From Candidatus Saccharimonadota bacterium (lineage in GTDB: Bacteria; Patescibacteriota; Saccharimonadia; Saccharimonadales; Saccharimonadaceae): a DNA stretch of 32,000 nt. Location of the stretch: NCBI GenBank assembly GCA_049296095.1, contig JBAQRV010000001.1, forward strand, positions 90,001-122,000. The letters run 5' to 3'. Positions within the stretch are counted from its first letter, which is position 1. Each line of letters starts with the position of its first letter. The notes beneath the pieces were generated by a model. It did not search any database. It was not told the origin of the DNA and saw only the letters and a list, made by a program, of their open reading frames with translations. A program made the translations under genes and the position numbers. Positions 25,102-32,000 of this stretch are shown here, in pieces.

Positions 25102-27606
25102 GGCTTTTCTCACGGTTGGTCCGTCTCGTTCGATGAGAGCAACCCGACCACTGAGTTCGCCGATGCCAATTGCGATATTACGACGCAAACCAATCTCGGA
25201 TTTCAGTGGCTCGAAAAAGGCTTTGTACTGTTCAAGGTGCGTTGTGGTCATTAAACTACTAGCAATATAGCGAGGGAAGCTGTCATAGCTCATATCAGTC
25301 TTAAAGGTTTGAGTCAGCCATTGCCAGTTATCTCGGCACCACTGCCATACCGTGTCACGCCCGTAACGGTTACGAAGGAGCCAAATAAACCAGCGTAGGA
25401 AATCTTGTTGACGGATGATAGCTTGATTTTTAAACAGGCCAATAATTCGATCGATCGTAGCAGGGTCTTTCGTCGCAGTGAGAGCGATGGCAATATCCTC
25501 TTGCAACTCGCTGTTCGATGTCTCCTGATACAGCTTAAGTAAAGCATCAACAATTGTTTGATCCTGACTATGACGAACAACAGAAGCCATGATATTTGAT
25601 CGGAGCTCAGGGTCGAGTTCATCGATAGGACGCGAGGCGTAGATACTAGCTGCTGCATCAAGGACTTCTTGGCGTTCACTGTAGAGCATTAATGAAACAA
25701 TGACGCTGCGTAATTTTGTATCAGTATCTGGTTCGTTGTCTTTGCGGTCCCAGCCGAGACGCATAAATTGGGCTTCGGCGAGGTTTCCTGCGAGAGCGCG
25801 AAGCTTTTTCTCGGCAGCAGGATCGGTCTCGACAAATTTTTTCAGCTCACTGACGGCCAGTGACATAATATCCCAGACGGCTTCCTCGGTTTCGTTCTTG
25901 TAGTGTTCGAGTATCGTGATTAGGTCGGCTGTTGAGATAATCCCAGCTTGAGCGAGGAGGGTTTGTTCATGAAGCAGGTACAATCGGTCGATATCAGGCA
26001 GATCGGTGATAGTGTCGAGCAGCCGGTTGAGCAACTCGGGACTATAATGCGTGATAAAATGAGCCGTTGCTCCAGCGTTAAAACGGAGCGGAGTCTGGTG
26101 AGTGCGCTTCACGGTGACTTGTCTATCGGTCAGTAGCTTTGGTATTTCACTGCAAGTTGAGTTGAGTGGGATCGGCCAGAGCTTATCGGACGGTGCGTGT
26201 TCGCCGATAAAGAATTGTTCCTGACGCAAGGTAATTTCACCATTATTGTCTGAAACATGAACCACAGGATAGCCTGACTGATCGATCCAAGTGTCCATAA
26301 ATGTATCAATATCTTGGCCTGATGCCTCAGCTAAGCATTCCCAGAGATCATCAGCCTCCGTATTTTGGTAAGCGAACTTTTGAAAATACAGTTTTAAGCC
26401 GGCCTGGAACACCTCGTCGCCGACATAGGTCTGGAGCATTCTTAGGAGCCGTCCCCCCTTTGCATAGACGATAGACGAGTCAAACATGGTACCGATTTCA
26501 TCAGGATGATGGACGTCGGTGCGAATTGATTGGACGCCTTCGAGGCTATCACGGCGCAGTGCTGAGAGAACATCAAGACTGGCGTGTTCGAGCCAGACTT
26601 CCCAGCTTGGTTCGAGTGCGTCCACTGCTAAGTATTCCATCATATTGGCAAAACTCTCGTTCAACCAGAGGTCGTTCCACCATTTCATCGTCACGAGGTT
26701 GCCAAACCACTGGTGGCTGAGCTCATGGGCAATAACCGTTGCAATCATGTGCTTGTTACTGAGAGAGGTTGTCTTTGGATCAGCCAGTAAAGCAACTTCG
26801 CGATAGGTGATGAGTCCCCAGTTTTCCATAGCGCCTGATGAAAAGTCGGGCAAGGCAACGTGATCGGATTTTGGCAGCGGGTAAGGGGTATCAAAGTAGT
26901 CGTCAAAAAAGTCAATTGTGCGGGTGGCGATACCGAGGGCGAAATCGAGACTAGAAGCCGGCTGAGCGGGCGTTGCCCAGATGTTGACCTCGACACCACT
27001 CTTTGTGGTGGCTGTCTTTTTGTGTAACTCGCCCACTACCCAGGCGAGGAGGTAGCTACTCATTTTTGGCGTTGTATTAAAAGTCGTCACGAGTTGGCTA
27101 TTTTCTTCGTTTTGCGATAGGACGGGCATATTACCCAGAACGGTCACATCTGTTTCAGTTGTCAAGGTAACGTCAAAGGTCGCCTTGGCACTCGGCTCAT
27201 CGATACAAGGGAAGACCTCGCGGGCGTGGTGACTTTCGAACTGGGTAGCCAGTAACTCTTTTTTGATGCCCTCGTGTTCAAAGTAGCAAGGGTAGAGACC
27301 GTGCATACTATCGGTGATTGCTCCTGAGAAGCCGATGACAACAATATGCTTCCCTTCAGTGATATCAGGGTGAGTGATAGCGAGCTCGTCATCCGTCTCA
27401 AGAGTGAATTGAGCTTCTTTGCCATCAAAAACGACTGACTCAATGGCAAGATCCTTGGCGTGGAAACGGATATCATTACTTTTTGGTGTTGAGACACCTT
27501 TGATAGTGACGGTACCCTCAAATTTTCGGCCAGTCCGATCGAGCGTGAGGGATAGTTGATAGTTCTCTGGAACAAATGTGTCGAGTAATCGTGAAACGGT
27601 CTGCAT
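25087..27606 (-). CDS. pepN: aminopeptidase N (M1 family zinc metallopeptidase)
   Basis: 839 aa. GAMENWG exopeptidase motif and HELSHQWFGNLVTMKWWNDLWLNESFA (HExxH-x18-E). ERAP1-like C-terminal helical domain. The 3' end overlaps rnhB by 15 nt. Confidence 0.93.
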   Translation of the reverse strand: MQTVSRLLDTFVPENYQLSLTLDRTGRKFEGTVTIKGVSTPKSNDIRFHAKDLAIESVVFDGKEAQFTLETDDELAITHPDITEGKHIVVIGFSGAITDSMHGLYPCYFEHEGIKKELLATQFESHHAREVFPCIDEPSAKATFDVTLTTETDVTVLGNMPVLSQNEENSQLVTTFNTTPKMSSYLLAWVVGELHKKTATTKSGVEVNIWATPAQPASSLDFALGIATRTIDFFDDYFDTPYPLPKSDHVALPDFSSGAMENWGLITYREVALLADPKTTSLSNKHMIATVIAHELSHQWFGNLVTMKWWNDLWLNESFANMMEYLAVDALEPSWEVWLEHASLDVLSALRRDSLEGVQSIRTDVHHPDEIGTMFDSSIVYAKGGRLLRMLQTYVGDEVFQAGLKLYFQKFAYQNTEADDLWECLAEASGQDIDTFMDTWIDQSGYPVVHVSDNNGEITLRQEQFFIGEHAPSDKLWPIPLNSTCSEIPKLLTDRQVTVKRTHQTPLRFNAGATAHFITHYSPELLNRLLDTITDLPDIDRLYLLHEQTLLAQAGIISTADLITILEHYKNETEEAVWDIMSLAVSELKKFVETDPAAEKKLRALAGNLAEAQFMRLGWDRKDNEPDTDTKLRSVIVSLMLYSERQEVLDAAASIYASRPIDELDPELRSNIMASVVRHSQDQTIVDALLKLYQETSNSELQEDIAIALTATKDPATIDRIIGLFKNQAIIRQQDFLRWFIWLLRNRYGRDTVWQWCRDNWQWLTQTFKTDMSYDSFPRYIASSLMTTTHLEQYKAFFEPLKSEIGLRRNIAIGIGELSGRVALIERDGPTVRKALLDL

Positions 27607-27613
27607 TCTATCT

Positions 27614-27619
27614 ATTATA
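27614..27619 (-). promoter_or_regulatory. -10 TATAAT, 7 nt upstream of the pepN ATG
   Basis: Reverse complement of 27614..27619 is TATAAT, then AGATAGA, then ATG (27606..27604). No SD. Confidence 0.5.
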
Positions 27620-27675
27620 CAGAAGGGAAGTGTTTAAATCATTCATAACAAAAGTTCCTTCGGTCTTTGCGGCCA

Positions 27676-27704
27676 TTGAACAATTGGATGGCTGATCCCA
27701 TACT
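27676..27704 (+). promoter_or_regulatory. promoter abutting the nuclease start codon
   Basis: TTGAAC (27676..27681), 17-nt spacer, CATACT (27699..27704), then AAGCGT, then ATG 27711. Confidence 0.5.
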
Positions 27705-27710
27705 AAGCGT

Positions 27711-28394
27711 ATGAAGTTTCGACTGCGTCGGCTGATCACGGTACTTATTTCAATTGTAGGGTTAGCAATCGTTATTTTTGCGGCCGCTCCGCCAATTATC
27801 GAACAGACTGCGCCAACCGTAGAGCCTTCAGTGATGTCAGGTTCAGCTCGTGAAGCTCTTGAAATGTTGCTAATTAAAGGACGAGCGCCAAAGACAGGCT
27901 ATGCTCGATCTGAGTTTGGAAGTGGGTGGGCAACCGTCAATGGCTGTGACACCAGGGCTATCATTCTCCACCGTGACTTACAAGATCCGATTGTTGATGA
28001 GAAGTGTACGGTCGTTTCTGGCACGTTAATCGATTCGTATACCGGTAAGAGCATTGCGTATAGTCGGGATGACGGGGCTGCTATTCAGATTGATCACGTC
28101 GTGGCGCTGTCGAATGCCTGGCAGACTGGCGCGCAACAACTCAGTCGAGAGGATCGTGTGAAACTCGCTAATGATCCGCTTAATCTGATTGCTGTCGATG
28201 GCCCAGCTAATCGAGAAAAGGGTGATAGCGATGCGGCGACGTGGCTACCATCTAACAAAGGCTTTCGTTGCGAGTATGTGGCACGGCAGATCGCGGTAAA
28301 GCAGAAGTATGCCCTCTGGGTGACGCAACCAGAGAAAGAAGCAATGGTAATGATTTTGGGAGGATGCCCTAGTCAGTCACTACCAGCTAAATAA
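27711..28394 (+). CDS. secreted or membrane-anchored DUF1524 / HNH-like (GmrSD C-terminal type) nuclease
   Basis: 227 aa. N-terminal signal/anchor (RRLITVLISIVGLAIVIFAAAPP). Nuclease-type segments: GCDTRAIILHRDL, IDHVVALSNAW, NLIAVDGPANREKGDSDAATWLP. Confidence 0.8.
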   Translation: MKFRLRRLITVLISIVGLAIVIFAAAPPIIEQTAPTVEPSVMSGSAREALEMLLIKGRAPKTGYARSEFGSGWATVNGCDTRAIILHRDLQDPIVDEKCTVVSGTLIDSYTGKSIAYSRDDGAAIQIDHVVALSNAWQTGAQQLSREDRVKLANDPLNLIAVDGPANREKGDSDAATWLPSNKGFRCEYVARQIAVKQKYALWVTQPEKEAMVMILGGCPSQSLPAK

Positions 28395-28397
28395 AGC

Positions 28398-28426
28398 TTG
28401 CTGGTTTTATGCAAAAGATATATAAT
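28398..28426 (+). promoter_or_regulatory. candidate nusA promoter
   Basis: TTGCTG (28398..28403), 17-nt spacer, TATAAT (28421..28426). Confidence 0.45.
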
Positions 28427-28439
28427 GATCTCAGATACA

Positions 28440-28463
28440 TCCGGCCGGCAGGTCGGAATTTTT
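28440..28463 (+). terminator. intrinsic-terminator-like hairpin + T5 (terminator of the nuclease gene and/or attenuator in the nusA leader)
   Basis: TCCGGCC (28440..28446), loop GGCA, GGTCGGA (28451..28457). The stem is 7 bp including one G-U pair. Then A and TTTTT (28459..28463). Confidence 0.5.
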
Positions 28464-28497
28464 AGTAGAAAAACCATTGATATCTAAAGGAGACATT

Positions 28498-29628
28498 ATG
28501 GAAGAATTAAACCTCAAACAACTCACTCTCGCAGTCCGTACGATTGCCGAAGAGAAAAACCTACCAGAAGAGACAGTTATCTCTGTTATTGAGCAGGCTA
28601 TCGCCGCTGCATGGCGCCGTGACAACGGTGAACGTGATCAGGAAGTGCGGAGCGAACTAAACGTTAATGATGGCACGGCTGTTGTGTACGTCGGCCGTGA
28701 AGTTGTCGAAGTTGTCGGGAGCGACGCACACGAAATCAGCCTCGAAGACGCACGTAAGGTGAAAAAAGATGCTGAAATCGGTGACATTATCGAAGAGAAG
28801 CACGAAGTAACGAGCTTTGGCCGTGTGGCAGCACAGACCGCTAAGCAGGTTGTCTTGCAGCGTCTCCGTGAAGCTGAACGCGAAGTCGTCCTCGGTGAAT
28901 ACGAAGACAAGATCGGTACGGTTGTTAACGGAACTGTTCAGCGAGTCGAGCCACGTGTTGTTCGTATTGAAATCGGCAAAGCCAACGGAATTATTCCACA
29001 AAGCGAACAGATTCAAGGCGAATACTACAGTGTCGGTGCGCGTATCAAAGTCTTTATTAAAGATATCGAACGTGACAATCGTGGCCCACAACTTATCTTG
29101 AGTCGCGGTAATACTGAGTTCATCGAATATCTCTTCCGTCAGGAAGTGCCAGAACTTGAATCAGGCGCTGTTGAAATTAAAGCGATTGCTCGTGAAGCTG
29201 GTCGTCGTACGAAACTTGCTGTAGCAAGTACTGTTCCTGGTGTGGATCCAGTCGGAACCTTCGTTGGTGGTCACGGAACTCGCGTCCAGGCCGTTATGAA
29301 TGAAGTTGGCGATCAAGAGAAGATCGACATCGTTACCTATGATGCTAATATCGAGCAGTTTATCAAGAACGCTCTGAGTCCTGCTGAAATTAGCAAAGTT
29401 GTTATCAATGAAGCTGACAAGCGAGCGACTGTGTACGTAAACGAAGACCAGCAATCAATTGCGATTGGTCGTGGTGGACAGAATGTTCGTTTGGCGAGTC
29501 GCTTGACTGGGTACGAACTCGACATTGAACAAGCCGCACCTGCTGCAAAACCTGCTGCTGATAAAGCACCAAAAAAGAACATTGAAGATAGTCTTTTGAA
29601 CGCGATCGAAGAAACAACCGAAGAGTAA
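28498..29628 (+). CDS. nusA: transcription termination/antitermination factor NusA
   Basis: 376 aa from ATG 28498 (AAAGGAG SD 6 nt upstream). The track start 28477 lacks an SD. NusA N-terminal domain, S1 (GTVVNGTVQRVEPRVVRIEIG) and two KH domains (IGRGGQNVRLASRLTG). Confidence 0.93.
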   Translation: MEELNLKQLTLAVRTIAEEKNLPEETVISVIEQAIAAAWRRDNGERDQEVRSELNVNDGTAVVYVGREVVEVVGSDAHEISLEDARKVKKDAEIGDIIEEKHEVTSFGRVAAQTAKQVVLQRLREAEREVVLGEYEDKIGTVVNGTVQRVEPRVVRIEIGKANGIIPQSEQIQGEYYSVGARIKVFIKDIERDNRGPQLILSRGNTEFIEYLFRQEVPELESGAVEIKAIAREAGRRTKLAVASTVPGVDPVGTFVGGHGTRVQAVMNEVGDQEKIDIVTYDANIEQFIKNALSPAEISKVVINEADKRATVYVNEDQQSIAIGRGGQNVRLASRLTGYELDIEQAAPAAKPAADKAPKKNIEDSLLNAIEETTEE

Positions 29629-29649
29629 ATTACAGGGAATAACAGAACT

Positions 29650-30306
29650 ATGGCATCTGAATCTTATCATTCGGAGATGCAAGTGCCGAAGCCTCGGCCG
29701 CCTATGCGTACGACAGTACTGCAGCAGCCACGCGAGAAACACTCGAAGTATTATGGTGATCAACTCAATGCAGTCACTGAGGCTGGACATGCTTGGATGC
29801 ATAGGGATGTTTATGGGCTCTCAAGGGATGATTTGTGGGAGATGGCCTCACTATTTAATACCACGCCAGCACGAATCTCGAAAAAGGTCTTTTATGCGAG
29901 CGTCATTACTCCCCGAGAATTTTACTTTGCAATGAAGCGCTCGCCAATTCGCCAATTAGACGAAACGCAAGCAGTCGCGGCTGAACTTTACAGCCAAGTT
30001 TCGGACCTTTTGCGACCGAAGCTACACGTTGAAGTCGAGAGGATTGAGCAATTTGGTAACTGGGTTGCAATACAGGTACATGATGAAAGTGTAGAAGCTG
30101 AACGAGTTATGCTTAGTGAGCATCTGAGCGAGATTATCGGCATCGAGCATGATTTAGGTCCCAAAAAGCCGCATATTAGTTTATTCAAAGGGTGGCTGCA
30201 GCACGTGTCAAATCTACAGGAAATTCAGGATACACTTCCTCCAATTATTGAACTTGATCGTGTCACACTTAGCATAGGACGAGCGATACCGAACAATCAA
30301 GATTAG
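29650..30306 (+). CDS. hypothetical protein (no confident family assignment)
   Basis: 218-aa ORF, 21 nt after nusA on the same strand. The first ~50 codons are low-complexity and Pro-rich, so the start is uncertain. The stop codon lies inside the CIRCE left arm. Confidence 0.5.
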   Translation: MASESYHSEMQVPKPRPPMRTTVLQQPREKHSKYYGDQLNAVTEAGHAWMHRDVYGLSRDDLWEMASLFNTTPARISKKVFYASVITPREFYFAMKRSPIRQLDETQAVAAELYSQVSDLLRPKLHVEVERIEQFGNWVAIQVHDESVEAERVMLSEHLSEIIGIEHDLGPKKPHISLFKGWLQHVSNLQEIQDTLPPIIELDRVTLSIGRAIPNNQD

Positions 30307-30329
30307 CACTCTCTTGACCCGAGTGCTAA
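30303..30329 (+). promoter_or_regulatory. CIRCE element (HrcA operator)
   Basis: TTAGCACTC-TCTTGACCC-GAGTGCTAA matches the CIRCE consensus TTAGCACTC-N9-GAGTGCTAA at all 18 arm positions. Confidence 0.85.
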
Positions 30330-30341
30330 TTTTGCTATACT
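30314..30341 (+). promoter_or_regulatory. sigma-70-like promoter of clpC, with its -35 inside the CIRCE spacer
   Basis: TTGACC (30314..30319), 16-nt spacer, TATACT (30336..30341). SD AAAGGAGG at 30389..30396; ATG at 30412. Confidence 0.55.
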
Positions 30342-30411
30342 TGGTATAGAAAGCTCACTTGGGGAAAACTCCATAGTTGCGCTTGCTTAAAGGAGGATAG
30401 ATAATAGTATT

Positions 30412-32000
30412 ATGGCTGATGACTTCGCAGAATTTATTTCGCATCTCACCGACAATGCTCGTACCAGCCTGCATCATGCGACATTGATTGCGCAGGGCTA
30501 TGGTAGCCCATATATCGGCACCGAACACCTACTCTTGGGTGTGATGGCACAGGGTGCATCTGTTGGTGCCAAGATCTTAGCAGATGCCGGCGTGACACTA
30601 GATCGCGCACAGTCAGCGCTGAATATGGTGCCAGTTTCAGCTATTGTTGGCGGAATTAGCACTAAGAGCTTGAGTGAAACAGCCAAGCTCACGCTCAAGA
30701 TGAGCTGGGATATTGCTCAAGAATTTCACCAGGATTACCTAGGTACCGAACATATTCTCTACAGTATTTTGACCCAGAAGAATGCCCGAGCGACAGTGCT
30801 TCTTCGTGATATGGACGTTAATATTACTGATATTGTATCTGAACTCGAGGAATACCTGGAGCGCCAGAATGATGGCTTTCAGCTTGATGATGAAACGGCG
30901 ACCGAAAAAAGGAAAGTACCAACACAGAAGGGTGCCCTGGGGACATTTGGCACCGACCTCACCGCCAAAGCTCGGGCTGGCCAGCTCGACCCAGTAATTG
31001 GAAGGGCTGAACAGGAAGAGCGCCTGGTGACAATCTTGAGTCGTCGCACCAAGAACAACCCAGTCCTTATTGGTGAGCCGGGCGTTGGTAAGACAGCCAT
31101 CGTCGAGGGCATTGCCCAGCGTATTGCGAGTGAGGACGTGCCTGAACACCTGCTCGATAAGAGGATTGTGCAACTTGACCTTGCTGGCATGATTGCTGGG
31201 ACAAAGTACCGCGGTGAGTTTGAAGAGCGACTTAAAAAGGTTGTGAGCGAACTCCAAGAACAAAAGAACGTCATCGTCTTTATCGACGAGCTTCACTTGT
31301 TGGTTGGGGCCGGAGCGGCTGAAGGCGCGTTGGATGCTGCCAATATGCTCAAGCCAGCCTTGGCGCGCGGTGAGATTCGCTTGATTGGTGCGACAACCCT
31401 CGAAGAGTACCGCAAGCACATCGAGAAGGATACCGCTCTGGAGCGTCGTCTCCAAACAATCATTGTGCCTGAACCAAATCTTAAGGATGCCACTGCTATC
31501 TTGAAAGGTCTCAAGCCATACTATGAGAAGCACCACGGTGTCACGATTGATGACGAGGTGATTGAAGATGCCGTCTATATGGCTGACCGTTACATCAGCG
31601 AACGATATATGCCAGATAAGGCAATCGACGTTATCGATGAAGCGGCGGCTCATGTTCGAGTGAAGTCTGGTCGCAAACCTAGCAAGCTTCGTGACTACAT
31701 GAAGCAATTACGTAACTTGAATGAAAAGATGGAAGAAGCAGTGGTGGCTGAGGATTATGAACGAGCGGCACTCTACAAAACACGTATTAGTCAGTTGAAC
31801 GTCAAGCTTGACGAGACACGAGAGGAATATGAAAAAAAGACCCCGGTTGTTCTGAGTGATGACGATATTGCCCATGCTATCTCGCTCATGACGGGCATCC
31901 CTGTTAGTCGTGTTCAAAAATCTGAGGCGAAACTCCTCCGCAACCTCGAAGCACATCTCGAAAAGTATATTATTGGTCAGCACGAAGCGGTTGAAAAAGT
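30412..32000 (+). CDS. clpC: ATP-dependent Clp protease ATP-binding subunit ClpC (partial, runs off the window end)
   Basis: My own translation of the plus strand; this gene is not in the ORF track because there is no stop in the window. Two Clp_N repeats ([22 protein letters not shown]), Walker [14 protein letters not shown], Walker [10 protein letters not shown] and ALERRLQ. Short middle domain with a UVR-like [16 protein letters not shown] (ClpC-type rather than the long ClpB M-domain). Confidence 0.9.
   Translation, partial: MADDFAEFISHLTDNARTSLHHATLIAQGYGSPYIGTEHLLLGVMAQGASVGAKILADAGVTLDRAQSALNMVPVSAIVGGISTKSLSETAKLTLKMSWDIAQEFHQDYLGTEHILYSILTQKNARATVLLRDMDVNITDIVSELEEYLERQNDGFQLDDETATEKRKVPTQKGALGTFGTDLTAKARAGQLDPVIGRAEQEERLVTILSRRTKNNPVLIGEPGVGKTAIVEGIAQRIASEDVPEHLLDKRIVQLDLAGMIAGTKYRGEFEERLKKVVSELQEQKNVIVFIDELHLLVGAGAAEGALDAANMLKPALARGEIRLIGATTLEEYRKHIEKDTALERRLQTIIVPEPNLKDATAILKGLKPYYEKHHGVTIDDEVIEDAVYMADRYISERYMPDKAIDVIDEAAAHVRVKSGRKPSKLRDYMKQLRNLNEKMEEAVVAEDYERAALYKTRISQLNVKLDETREEYEKKTPVVLSDDDIAHAISLMTGIPVSRVQKSEAKLLRNLEAHLEKYIIGQHEAVEK

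Noticed and set aside
29650-30306. Assignment as a 2H (LigT-like) phosphoesterase
   Set aside because: Only one H-x-S-x motif (PHISLF) is present. The expected first H-x-[TS]-x motif is absent (LHVEVE does not fit). This is too weak to call.
30303-30333. Hairpin + TTTT read simply as the rho-independent terminator of the 29650..30306 ORF
   Set aside because: Not fully rejected as a secondary role. However, the arms are an exact CIRCE consensus with exactly 9-nt spacing, and a -35 is embedded in the spacer. The operator interpretation is therefore primary.
30739-31707. 322-aa minus-strand ORF, plus flanking minus ORFs at 30498..30698 and 31708..31983
   Set aside because: They are antisense to a plus-strand frame that encodes unmistakable ClpC motifs (Clp_N repeats, GEPGVGKT Walker A, VFIDELH Walker B). 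The minus-strand translation has no recognisable motifs, so these are shadow ORFs.
1-32000. Alternative genetic code (UGA recoding, as in some CPR lineages), CRISPR arrays, IS elements, integrases or prophage genes
   Set aside because: Long conserved genes end cleanly at TGA, TAA and TAG stops (for example the LOG fusion at TGA 8218..8220) with no in-frame stops. I saw no repeat-spacer arrays, transposase or recombinase motifs, or terminal inverted repeats.

Overview
By my gene calls this window is about 96% coding, mostly on the plus strand, and looks like core chromosome from a small-genome bacterium. I found no rRNA, tRNA, CRISPR array, transposase or integrase. The gene content resembles a Candidate Phyla Radiation / Saccharibacteria-like lineage: split transketolase, a divergent Rpe, a PfkB kinase, GatCAB, one PilB-type ATPase and many short membrane-anchored hypotheticals, with frequent 1-4 nt stop/start overlaps and spot-counted GC in the mid/high 40s%. 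That assignment is inference only.

Gene order:
- A partial RelA/SpoT-like gene (-).
- A sugar-phosphate supercluster: gap-rpiB-rpe-tktN-tktC, then fba-pfkB kinase-LOG fusion.
- Two coupled membrane-anchored surface proteins.
- uvrB.
- gatC-gatA-[small membrane protein with an RNxxxH motif]-gatB-galU.
- A ytxG/ytxH-like trio of small membrane proteins.
- dnaE.
- A SpoU methyltransferase (-).
- A cysteine-free PilB/GspE ATPase.
- rplS with an Ala/Glu/Lys-rich tail.
- A GC-richer membrane gene (-).
- An rnhB-yraN fusion.
- pepN (-).
- A secreted DUF1524/HNH nuclease.
- nusA.
- A hypothetical gene.
- clpC (partial).

Most notable observations:
1. A perfect CIRCE/HrcA operator wraps the -35 of the clpC promoter.
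2. A 651-aa protein joins about 430 aa of unrecognisable sequence to a PpnN-type LOG nucleotide nucleosidase, at the end of a pentose-phosphate/glycolysis cluster that has no transaldolase.
3. A membrane-tethered protein with a HEPN-like Rx4H motif is translationally coupled between gatA and gatB.
4. Several genes have a recurrent architecture of -10 box, then 6-10 nt, then ATG, with no Shine-Dalgarno (apparently leaderless), while others have strong SD sites.
5. An intrinsic-terminator-like hairpin lies between the best promoter and the nusA start.

I see no clear-cut novel defence or mobile system. The candidates above are hypotheses that need database and structure searches.
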